The position numbers were made by a program, and so were the translations under genes. DNA of 63,921 nucleotides, counting the filler, from Rhabdomonas costata (lineage: Eukaryota), in NCBI GenBank assembly GCA_019059605.1. It is 58 parts of 58 records of this genome, joined end to end, with 100 filler letters (N's around TTAATTAATTAA, not from the genome) between each part and the next. Parts side by side here need not be neighbours in the genome. Positions count along the whole stretch, not along the records: positions 36,427 to 37,430 come from JAHMHO010034214.1; positions 37,531 to 38,534 come from JAHMHO010034215.1; positions 38,635 to 39,638 come from JAHMHO010034216.1; positions 39,739 to 40,742 come from JAHMHO010034217.1; positions 40,843 to 41,846 come from JAHMHO010034218.1; positions 41,947 to 42,950 come from JAHMHO010034219.1; positions 43,051 to 44,054 come from JAHMHO010034220.1; positions 44,155 to 45,158 come from JAHMHO010034221.1; 50 more parts are not named here. One strand, given 5' to 3'. Positions 37,427-48,313 of this stretch are shown piece by piece (positions within the stretch are counted from its first letter, which is position 1; every line of letters begins with the position of its first letter). Below the pieces are notes generated by a model that saw only the letters and a program-made list of their open reading frames with translations, ran no database searches and was not told the DNA's origin.

Positions 37427-38959
37427 CCCANNNNNNNNNNNNNNNNNNNNNNNNNNNNNNNNNNNNNNNNNNNNTTAATTAATTAANNNNNNNNNNNNNN
37501 NNNNNNNNNNNNNNNNNNNNNNNNNNNNNNGGTGGGTTGGTCTGTTTATGTATTTGCAGAACGACTCGCGCAGCACAATTCAATAACAGACCAAAATAGC
37601 CCAAACGCCTCTACACATAAGCACGTAGGAGGCAGAGAAATGCGACAGCTAATCCGGTAAACTGCCTCAGCCGAAGGGTCGGGCGGGATTCAAAATGACT
37701 TTACGTCAAGGCTCAACGAAGAAGCAACCCGGGAGCAGAAGAGGATGCACTAACTTGCGTTGAAGGTCCACTTGGACATTGTTGTGAATTGTTCAACAGA
37801 GCATCAAAGAACTGAGGAGATTGGCAGTGCTGGGAAACTCCACTGCCCCAAATGCCTCCCAAACTCTGCTCAATGCTGAAAACGGTACCAATACGAACGA
37901 GAACAACATCACGCGATGGGTGACACGAAGGTGACAGAGGAGAAAAGGGCCGGGAAAAAACGCGTCCACCATCAGAGCGGTGGAATTGCTGAGGGGGAGC
38001 ACTATTAACAGGGCACTGCACAGGGAAGCTGGCTCTTTTTCCGTTACTCTCACACTCCCAATATAGATCAGAGCACTCATACCAAAACGGGCCAGGGCTG
38101 TGGCCGTCACCAACGCGACTACAAACAGTTATTGGCCTCTTTCCTGAAAAAAAAAGAGAGACAGAAGGGTGGTCCCCCAGTGCGCTTAATTTTTGTTTGG
38201 AAAGTTGTGCCACGGCTGCACCAAAACAAGAGAAAAGGCAACAAGAGCCTAACTTAGAGTTAAGCGATCTCCCTGGATCATAGCGATCATATAAGAAGTA
38301 CGGAAGACGTCTATCCTCAACATCCTCCAAATTTTCAGAATGACACAGAGCAACACACACATGGATGGCGGATACTCTGTCATTGAATAACGGAATGTGA
38401 ACGCACGAGTGTTTGCGCATATATGCTGAGCGCATAGCGCGAGTGGGTTTGCATGTGTGTATGAACGATTCTCTTCTTTCTCGTTCAAAAGATGCGATTC
38501 GCACGAAAAAGAAGAGAATCGTTCAAACCAACACNNNNNNNNNNNNNNNNNNNNNNNNNNNNNNNNNNNNNNNNNNNNTTAATTAATTAANNNNNNNNNN
38601 NNNNNNNNNNNNNNNNNNNNNNNNNNNNNNNNNNGTTTGTGTGTTGGATTTCCTCCGTGCCTCACCTCTCTCTTTCTTCTTTTTTGCTTGCCCAACCACC
38701 GGAGTTGCCGTGGTCTGGCATGGTTTCCCTGGAAGCTTCGTGCGTTTGGGGTCTGGCGCCAAGCCCGTGTAAAAGCCCCCTTGGTTTTCGCCTTTTTAAA
38801 GTGTTTGGATGGTGGTGCGTTCGTGCTTTTTTCCCTGCTTGTCTATCCGACTCATGCCAGCGGTGGTTTCGTGATGGACCTTCTGGACCTATGTGCCTAG
38901 AAGAGATGCCCTCGTGTCTGTTTGCAGATTTTCTGAAGCCGTTGCAAACTGAATAGCAC

Positions 38960-39035
38960 GCACCGGTCCCAGGAATCGAACCTCGGAGGGATCATACACA
39001 ACACACGCGCCATTCCACCCCACCTCGGAGTCCGA
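38960..39035 (-). other. tRNA-like remnant or tRNA-derived SINE head
   Basis: Perfect Pol III B-box GGTTCGATTCC (38982-38972) in an imperfect T-stem, with a weak A-box-like GTGGGGTGGAATGG upstream. No convincing anticodon arm. Confidence 0.4.
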
Positions 39036-39772
39036 GTACTGTGCAACGCCATATCCCTATATTAGGCCAGTGATCAGCCAAGGGGCTCATAGACCTATTG
39101 AGCCCCTCGAGACGGGGGGGTCCATCACGTGGCCTTTGCTAGCCTAGCTTCCACTTCCCCACACCCGCACCATTGTGCACTTGTGTGTGGTGGGGGTCCA
39201 CCTTTAGCTGGTTTCTCCCCGGCATTTGCAAGCGTATCGGGAACACAGCCCCCGGCAGTGAACAGTGTCGCCGTACCGCTTGCAACTCGTTTCCCCGTCG
39301 AAAAAACGGCGGACGCACAAATTTACGCTCTTTGCGTTCTTTTCTCTCTCGTGGGACCTTGCGGTAATCGTTTGGCCTGCTCGACGTTTTTACCGAGTTG
39401 CGCGTTCCGCGGGCGTCTTCTCCATGGCACCCTCGTTACGTGGCCAGCGCGCCGGGCATTCAAAAACCAGACTGGCAAAGGCACCCCGGAACCACGGGCC
39501 CCTTGACAATAATGGTTGATGGATTTGATCGAAAGGTGATGCAATTCGATCTTTCGATCCGTCAAAGTGACGACGCCCACATCTCAAAAGAAAGGCGCGT
39601 ATACGGCCAAACGTAGGCAAAGGCAGCAACAAAACAACNNNNNNNNNNNNNNNNNNNNNNNNNNNNNNNNNNNNNNNNNNNNTTAATTAATTAANNNNNN
39701 NNNNNNNNNNNNNNNNNNNNNNNNNNNNNNNNNNNNNNGGGGTTGGGTACATGGAGGGAGTTGGAAACGTAC

Positions 39773-40067
39773 CCCCGGACGTCACCCGACGACACAGTCA
39801 TTGCGACGTGCCTCCACCCCAACGACGTCGTGGCAGGGTACTCGAAGCTATTCCCGTCCAGGGCAAAAAACACTGTATCGCCCAGGGTGAACGTCCAGTA
39901 CTCCATCTTCCCGGGAACCGCAAAGGTCAATAGCGAGGGCTCGGTTGAGGTGGAGGTGGAGTACACCCAGGCCTCCATGGAGTAGTTCAGAGCCCCAGAG
40001 AGGTACGTGAAGTCAGGGATCACCGCAGCTGCGATGTCGTTGGGGAAAGCCAGGCTGGTGCCACCCC
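39773..40067 (-). CDS. LamG/pentraxin (concanavalin-like) domain exon
   Basis: SLAF...NYSMEAWVY...LLTFA...GWRHVAMTVSSGDVRG with CAG and GTACGT borders. Confidence 0.8.
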
Positions 40068-41018
40068 CTGGAAGCCCAGGAATGGCCCCCGCCAAAAAAG
40101 CAAGCGAGCTGGAAAAGAAAAGAAAAACAAGAAGCCATTCGGCTATTCGGGAGCAAAGCGAAAAAGACATCCCAGCCGATAAGAATGAAAAAAGGCAAAA
40201 AAAAACCACAAAAAAATGATGAGAGGGACCTGAAACTGAAAAACAAAAACGAAAAGACCAGCAGACCCTGTGCCCAACCAGAAATCACAACGTTTTTTTT
40301 TAGATGTGCAACCCACAAGCAAACATTGTCCAGTGTTCAAAGTCCGGCGCACACAACAGCCGCACAGATACAAAGAGGAGTAAGAGTAGAAATCACAACC
40401 TCCGCTTTTGCTGCGCGGTTTTCAGGCTCCGCATCTGTTCAAGGCGGAACGCCCTGCACATTAACGCGAGCCCTGCAAAGATTTATGTTCACTGACTTGG
40501 ACAATGTGTATCACGGAAACACGGGGATACCGAAAGAGCGCTGAAAGTGCTGTCACTCTTTCCTCGCATTTAGATGCTAGCCCATTGCCGTTTCAAACAA
40601 AAATACATTGAGAACCAATCGTTTTTTTACTGTGGCAAAGCAACGAGAATAACATCCTGCAACCAGATTCAGATTGCTACCGTTGATTCAAAAATTGCTA
40701 CCGTTGGCCTGATTCCCATTCAAGAGCTCCGTCACCACAAAANNNNNNNNNNNNNNNNNNNNNNNNNNNNNNNNNNNNNNNNNNNNTTAATTAATTAANN
40801 NNNNNNNNNNNNNNNNNNNNNNNNNNNNNNNNNNNNNNNNNNCCCCCCCCCCTTCTCTTCTTCAGGAGGGGTGCGTGCTCTTATTGCGGAAGGGTGGGTT
40901 GCACAAGGGGCTCCCGAGGAGATTCCGTGTGCGTGCCTTGGGTGCTCGCTGCAAAGCAGAACCCCACACACGCACCCACGTTCTTCTCAACCACTCAACG
41001 TACCGGAAAGAAACCACA

Positions 41019-41769
41019 ATGGAGGACCCGCCGCCGTCTACGCCTTCGCCCCAGCCCCTGGTCTCCGTGGGTGCTGGCGCCGTGGCCGGGCTGTGTGTGG
41101 ATGTAGTGCTCTTCCCCCTAGACACCCTGAAGACCCGCCTGCAGGCCGCCTCGGGCTTCCGCCGCGCTGGGGGCTTCCACGGCGTGTACTCCGGGCTGAG
41201 CTCCGCGGTGGTGGGCTCGGTGCCCTCGGCCAGGCGCGTTCTTCGGCAGCCTCCATTCCCTGCTCTGTCACCCGTCACCCTGTCGCAGTCCGGTATTTTT
41301 TTCAGCTGGATTCTGCCGAAGTATTTCCTCCCCCACTCACCTAGTTTTAATGGGAAACAGAACGAGCTCCAAAAACTAAGGACAATTGGTGAAGCAAAAG
41401 TCAGTTAGGAATAGCAAGGAGTGTTGCCAGAAGGTTAAAGGTCAAATGGCCGGCACACTCAAGTGTATTGTACATACTGGGTGTTTGTGTTTGGGAGCGA
41501 ATTTTGCCGTTTGTTGGTAAAACTTTTTGACGTGAAGGGCGTGGTGCGAATACTGCTGTGGACTTCACCCTATCGTGGTTCCGCGCGCACACACATCTCA
41601 CAGCTTGTTTTGGGTGACCTATGACGGGGCGAAGCACGCCGCAGCGCGATGGTTCCCGGAGCCTGCGGAGAGGTGGCCTGGACTGGTGTACATGTGCAGT
41701 GCCGCCGTGGGGGAGACAGTGGCGTGCTTCGTTCGGGTTCCCGTAGAAAACGTCAAGCAGAAGATGCAG
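41019..41769 (+). CDS. SLC25A26: Mitochondrial carrier, S-adenosylmethionine carrier-like; exons 41019-41233 and 41604-41769
   Basis: [61 protein letters not shown]...[24 protein letters not shown] contains two Px[DE]xxKx[RK] signatures. Confidence 0.9.
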
Positions 41770-42143
41770 GTGTCAGCGCCATTGTGGAATATTTGGTTTG
41801 TTGCTGTGGTTACTAATTGTTCTCAACCTGAGAGCTACCCCAACACNNNNNNNNNNNNNNNNNNNNNNNNNNNNNNNNNNNNNNNNNNNNTTAATTAATT
41901 AANNNNNNNNNNNNNNNNNNNNNNNNNNNNNNNNNNNNNNNNNNNNACACGCAGACAACACACGTTCTGGAAAGACGCCACATACACCCTAGAAACACCA
42001 CGCAACCGCACACACATCTGGAATCACAATCCACATAGCAAATCTCTGGAATCAGTCACAAAACCTGAGCTCTTAACAATACCATCTGTGGAAAAAATCT
42101 TCCATATCTGAAACTTTCCGGCACTGTGCAACTCTCTAGAACC

Positions 42144-42700
42144 TCAACTAGGTGGGGGTCCAAAATATGTTAGGTACTTGATCAGCAAATCTTCTCCGCT
42201 CCATGGATTCTGTGGAATGGGCCTCCTCTCGTCAAGGGCAAAGTGTCTGATAAACGTCGGGTACCGGTCATTTGTGAAACGTCCCACTCTTGAACCTGGC
42301 AACCCATAATCTGAGTAATACAAGCACTCGACCACGGCACAGTGGTACACATTGTCTTCTCTCAGGAAACGCTAATTCCCCACATGCTGTCCCAAGTGAA
42401 ATGGGTTTGTAGTCCTCACAACAAACTTGAATGGATGCAACACTTTTATCTGGACCTCTGGAGACAACGCACCTGGCTGCTTCACTTACTCTGTGGCATG
42501 CCACTATCGGCGTAGGGTATTGAAGTCCTACCAAATCGAAATATTTGCTCAGCAAATCCGCCTCCTCTGGATTTCCATTAACCATTAACTTATCCGTCTT
42601 CATCTCCAGCACCACTCACTTCAATCTCTGCAAAGCCTTCCCAAACTTCGTACCCGCTTCTCCCTGACTGTATCTTAACTGGTGAACGTTGTTTTCCGCA
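42144..42700 (-). mobile_element. Decayed L1/Tx1-like LINE ORF2 fragment (pre-RT linker and RT start)
   Basis: GEAGTKFGKAL...LMVNGNPEEADLLSKYF...EDYKPISLG resembles GEK.TKFF...E.A..L..YF...DYRPISL. Stops and frameshifts are present. Confidence 0.45.
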
Positions 42701-43301
42701 TACCACCAACAACTTCATTCCACATCGTTTATCACTCTGGATGGTTCATCAAACTATTGTCTGGACAGGTATTGTTTCGCACTGATTAGGGGGTGCACGT
42801 CGCAGACAGCAAAGTAAAATTTATCTCCCTCTGGAACTCTGTAAGCCCACGCCAACTCTCTCTGCAACCTCACTGTCCAACGGGGCCTTTTCACCCTGAT
42901 ATGGTACTCTGCAAGAGAAACAAACTGGAAAAAAAGCAGGCGCAGATTAANNNNNNNNNNNNNNNNNNNNNNNNNNNNNNNNNNNNNNNNNNNNTTAATT
43001 AATTAANNNNNNNNNNNNNNNNNNNNNNNNNNNNNNNNNNNNNNNNNNNNTTTTGTGTTGAGCGCTACGTCGCATAGGCTCCACTTCGTACCATCAAGTG
43101 TTTCGTGTTAGCGATATCAGTGAGAGAAACTATGCCAACTAAGGCGTTGAACTTAAGGGTGACAAATCCTTACTACTCAGGACACTGGGAGCTATCTTCA
43201 ATTTGTTGTGGAGCACGGAAGTAGCGAGTGGGAAGATTGTGGCGTAGCCGTATCTCAGCCTTGTTGTTCTTGATATCTGTGAGATCCCGAGGGACCTCAT
43301 G

Positions 43302-43680
43302 GAACCCGAAATCGAAACTAACCTCCGAAAAGGAACCTCTACACAGAAGCACTATACAAGTACATTACCCACCACAGAAACGCACCATCCGAAACCTAAC
43401 CGTGGCCCAGAACTCCGAAACCCGAACATGCTCAACTCGCATACACTAACACAAGCACTCAGTACCCACAGCGTAAACACCGACACAGAACCACAACCAC
43501 GAAAGCGAAACCCAAACCCCGAATTCCGACACCGAATCAAGAACCCCTATACCTAAGACCAATAATAAGACCGATTACACAACCAACCCAGAACTCAGAA
43601 CTCAAACACCAAACATCGAAACCCGAAACCCAAACCCAAGAACCCAAAAAGCATGAAAATCGAAGACAGAACCCAGAAGA
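43302..43680. repeat. Degenerate telomere-like array (AACCCGA/AACCCTA/AACCCAA units)
   Basis: For example GAAACCCAAACCCCGAA and AACCCGAAACCCAAACCCAAGAACCC. A similar tract lies at 13272-13415. Confidence 0.6.
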
Positions 43681-44393
43681 AAGACAAGCATACAGAACAA
43701 AGGCCTTAAAAAATGTAGCCGAACCACACGCGAGAAGCACCCTCCTACCCTGACCTCCACCACCTGAAGACGAAGAGTGCTCGGCTCCTCGGCATCATCA
43801 CCCTGGGCCACTTCCCCAACCATCACCACTACATCATGCATCAGGGTACCCATTAATTTCCTGCGGTGGTGCATCATGGTTATGGGCCCCACGGGATCAC
43901 TGGAGAGGGGATCACGAGCGTAGCGCGGGATACGTGGGAATGGTACACTTAGGGACCATACGTGAGTAAGATACCAGCAAGAATAGGCATTTTTACCACT
44001 ACTACATATCCCCTTGCCTATTAACTATTACGCAATCCGTTTATAATACATGGTNNNNNNNNNNNNNNNNNNNNNNNNNNNNNNNNNNNNNNNNNNNNTT
44101 AATTAATTAANNNNNNNNNNNNNNNNNNNNNNNNNNNNNNNNNNNNNNNNNNNNGGGTTTGGGTTCAGCTCCAAAACCTAAGCAGACAACCAAAAGTGTG
44201 ACGGATCCTGACCGGAGCGTGGAGCTGAATCAAACCAATGAAACCACAGAATAGAACGCGAGAAAAACTGGAGTCTGCAGTCGCACCGTCAATTCCCGAC
44301 TGCATCATATCTGATCTTTTAATTGGCAATCATATGAAACAGCACCACAACGGTCCGCTCCAGGACGGGAAACAAAACAAACGAAACAGAAAC

Positions 44394-44699
44394 CTTTGCC
44401 AGTGCATCCTCCCGCTGATTCAAGCGTAGTCGAAACCATCGCTGCAGCCACTTCACACGATAAAGGAACCATCGCATCCTGAGCTGGAAGAGATTTAAGC
44501 TTCGGCGCGTCAAAATTAGGGTGTGAACAACCACTGCCACGGCCTTCTTGGGATCAAAATTCCTGCTCCTGGGGACATAGCGAATGTGGTGAAGCGCTCC
44601 AAAGTCATTCATGAAGTCCAGTTGCTTTCGGGTGACGCCCTCTTCAGGAAGCCTCGCCGGAAGAATGAGGCTGAAGTTCATTGGATACTGCAAATGCAA
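44394..44699 (-). CDS. Probable exon of an unknown protein with an IQ-like motif
   Basis: LHLQYPMNF...LYRVKWLQRWFRLRLNQREDALAK between CAG and GT. Confidence 0.4.
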
Positions 44700-45081
44700 C
44701 TGTGAGTCACGTTCAGCGAACACAATGTTCTTGTTTGAAAAATTGTCGACTAAAACACAGAAGCACAGAAAAAGGATAAAGGATAAAGTACTGAAGTTCA
44801 AGAAACAACGCAGTCCATGACATAGAACCAGCCAAAGATTGAATGAGATGACCGTTCCGTTCAAATGTGACTCGTTTCAAGCCAGTGTAACAGATTCAAT
44901 CTTCCAAAACAACAGCAAAAACGACAGCCTGCGCTACCCAAGGTGCACGTACTCAACGGTTACTTGCTTTTTGGTCGGCGACCCAGTAGCGATTGCAACT
45001 TACTGTGATAAATTTATACAATAATACAATAAATTGTATAAATTTATATGGCATTACTTTAGAACTGTACCCATGGCCAGG

Positions 45082-45140
45082 AACCCTAACCCTAACCGTA
45101 TCCCTAACCCTAACGCTAACCCTAACCCTAACCCTAACCC
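45082..45140. repeat. (CCCTAA)n telomeric-type repeat, about 10 imperfect units, interstitial
   Basis: AACCCTAACCCTAACCGTATCCCTAACCCTAACGCTAACCCTAACCCTAACCCTAACCC. Confidence 0.85.
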
Positions 45141-47465
45141 CCAAAGGTAACCAAACCCNNNNNNNNNNNNNNNNNNNNNNNNNNNNNNNNNNNNNNNNNN
45201 NNTTAATTAATTAANNNNNNNNNNNNNNNNNNNNNNNNNNNNNNNNNNNNNNNNNNNNGGGTGGGTGGTTTGGGGAGGTCTCTGTGTTTACTGGCAGGTT
45301 CCCGAACCTCTATGAGCAGGCATGGCATCTTGAAGTGTTCATGTTGGGCCTTTTTGAGGACTAACCAGCAGCATTTCCGAGAGCTGGAGCGCTGAATGCT
45401 GAGCCCAAGCTTTCAGTCGTGGCTGGTGAGCACACCTAAAAGTAGCCCAACAGAACTTCACATGCTGGGATCGCATCGGACAACAATGCCGCGGTCAGCA
45501 GGTGGGCCTTTTTCTGGCTATTTTTGGGCCATTTTCACGGCCTTTTGAAAGCTTGCTCCTGGTAAAAAGAGGAATCCATGTCAATGCCCGAAGTGTGCCA
45601 AGGTGTGTTGAGCAAAATGCAAGATTGTGTCTGTCTGTGTGTGCGGATGGGCACGGCGCACACCGCACACCCTCACCCCAAACCTGGTCGACAAGCAAGT
45701 CCAGCACGAACAGCCGCGCGGACAACGCGCCAACCCCAAAAAAAATACAGGTGTGCAGAAGGGGCAGAAGGGCAGGCGAACACCGCAGCACATCGCGCAA
45801 AGGCGTGTATACATACACATACACGTACAAGCAAGCGTGTTCTTTTTTGTGTGTATATACATTGTGCATGCATGTATATGCATGTTTGTGTGCATATGAG
45901 ACAATCTGTGAATCTGTGGGCGGCAATCAAGCACGAAAACCGAAAAACAAATGATTCGTCTGCTGAACGGAAGCGGCGTGAAGTCAGACAGACGCAGAAT
46001 GTTCTTGAGAATTGGGCTTCAACAAGATGAAGGCCAAACTCTGAAAGAAACGTGAAAGATTGCTCTCACACAAAATGCGCAAGCGCTGCGCACAAGCAAC
46101 CCACAAGGAGCCCAAAAAGGTCTTCGTGAACCGCACGCGACGAAAATGCACAATGCAAAAAATACCTGCCTATTCCGAAAATGGCGTTCGTTCAGGTGTG
46201 CAGCACCCCAGGGGGAGTGGCTTGCGGTGGAGGGCAGGTCAGGTCCTCGACATTGAGGGCACNNNNNNNNNNNNNNNNNNNNNNNNNNNNNNNNNNNNNN
46301 NNNNNNTTAATTAATTAANNNNNNNNNNNNNNNNNNNNNNNNNNNNNNNNNNNNNNNNNNNNTGTTTGTTTTTTCGAGTATTCTCTGGCTTCACACACAG
46401 GAACATCCCCATCCAGGGAATCCCTCAAGAAGAACAGAGAATACTCGAAAAAAGAAAGACCTTGCTGTCTACAGCACCCCAGAATGAGCTGTCGTGTTTC
46501 TCTCAGAAACCTCTCCCACCCGATGGGCGCTGCAGCTAAATTCTCGGAGCTTTTAACCCCCCTATGCGTGACCGAGCACGGCATGAGGTCTTCAAAAGCT
46601 CCATGTGCGTGGAAGGTTGTTTCCCTGTGTTGTGACCGAACTAAAAAAAAGACAGGTGAAAAAAAGGACAGAGGCACAAGGACTTCACTTGAGACTTCAG
46701 GCTTGCCATTCCTCGATGTGGCATGAGCACAACCCAACGGCTTCTCCGTCGCACAACGTCAGGATCTTGACCACCACCCTCCTCAACCTACTCATGAGAT
46801 CATGCTCGACAAACTCGCCCTTGCTTCACCACGTTTGCGTCGTAACCCACGATGGCCACAAATCCAAGGCGTGCGGAAACTATGCTTACAAAAGAGGTTG
46901 CGATTCTTCTGTCAAGATATCTCCACCGAAATCCACAGCCATACACCTCAAAGCCACAACTTTGTTGCTCTGTTGCTCTTACAAAACAGTGCCCGCAGCC
47001 GTGTACCGCGCGCACAAGCTTTTCGCAAACAGCTTCTGGAAAAGTCTCTACTTTGATACGATCGGCCTTTAGGACGGAGCGGACTCAGCCACTTCTGATC
47101 TTCGGGCTGCACTTCTCAAGTGCTGCAGACACCCATTCACACATCAGGCACGCACGTCCCCGGCTTGCCCGCTCGATTCATACGGTAGGAAAACCTCGCT
47201 GGGATCGCCCACCCTCACTCGCTGGAAATCGCGGCTCCCACAAGTATCGCGCGAGCGACTGCTATACTTGCGAATCCCGCTTGCTCTAACTTGGTAATAT
47301 GCCTCGTCACCACGGATCCAAGTCGCCTGCATAAAGTTCAGCCTTTGCTGCCCGAAATTCTCTCTNNNNNNNNNNNNNNNNNNNNNNNNNNNNNNNNNNN
47401 NNNNNNNNNTTAATTAATTAANNNNNNNNNNNNNNNNNNNNNNNNNNNNNNNNNNNNNNNNNNNN

Positions 47466-48313
47466 GCACCAGAAGAACGTCGAGCTGTTGCTCGACCGCA
47501 GCAGGATTTTTCGGCACCCCGCCCGGTGGGCCTGAGCGAGTACCACGGAGCTCAGCACGCTGCCGTAGCCCCGCTTCAAGTGGCCGCGATGGCTTGCAAA
47601 CAGGATTACCTGGTATTTTGGTATTTTGTAAATTTTTGACGATATTGTAGAAAATAGTGAGGCAGCCACAAAAGACATTCGGAAGCGAGAGAAAACCCGA
47701 AATTAATCAAACTTGAAGCAGGATACAGAGTGGTCGGCAGAGTTCGTTTGTTTTTATGTGGGCTTCCCACTCACACTGTTTGCTTCCATTCATTCGGCTG
47801 GTTGGTTTGCGGACCACTTCTTTCACGTGCTAGAAACATACCCGACAAACATGAATTACATTCAGTGTGATTGCACGCAGTTCCTTCTCCTTGCTTCCGT
47901 GCAACGTGCACGTTCCGCATTCGGAACCGCTCCGTGAGCGCATGTTACTCTCTCCGAAGCCATTGTCGACTTCCTTTGTATGTCCGCCAAATTTTCCCAC
48001 CCCGAACCTCACAAAGCTTGCAGTTCTTAAAAGGACATGATCTGATTGAAAACGGGTTGGCAGAATCACTGCTGAAGGGTACGCACACATGGATGCCCCT
48101 ACGAAGTCGTCACCTCCTCACCCCCCGCACACCTCCGCAAAGCGGAACTGGCTCATTGTGCGGTGCACACGAATCGAGGCCGCGGCGACCACAGGCAGGG
48201 CCTCCCCAGAAACCTCTCCGCCTGCGCCACCGCCGCCTTTGCCCTCGCGCTTCCGCAGCACCAGGGTCCGACACGACGCGAAGTTGGTAGCCGGGGGGAA
48301 CTCCTTGTAGCGG
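47466..48313 (-). CDS. GNAT-family acetyltransferase (GCN5/IDM1-like), exons 48313-48133 and 47609-<47466
   Basis: Spliced TNFASCRTLVL...VVAAASIRVH...FAE|VILFASHRGHLKRGYGSVL...AHRAGCRKILL.S..S..FW, with motif A RGYG. Confidence 0.7.

Noticed and set aside
37713..38504. 263-aa minus-strand ORF
   Set aside because: No recognisable motif. It runs through intron-like low-complexity sequence and competing frames are equally plausible.
45082..45158. CCCTAA repeats at a contig end as a true telomere
   Set aside because: The strand orientation is wrong for a right-hand chromosome end, the units are imperfect, and non-repeat bases follow.
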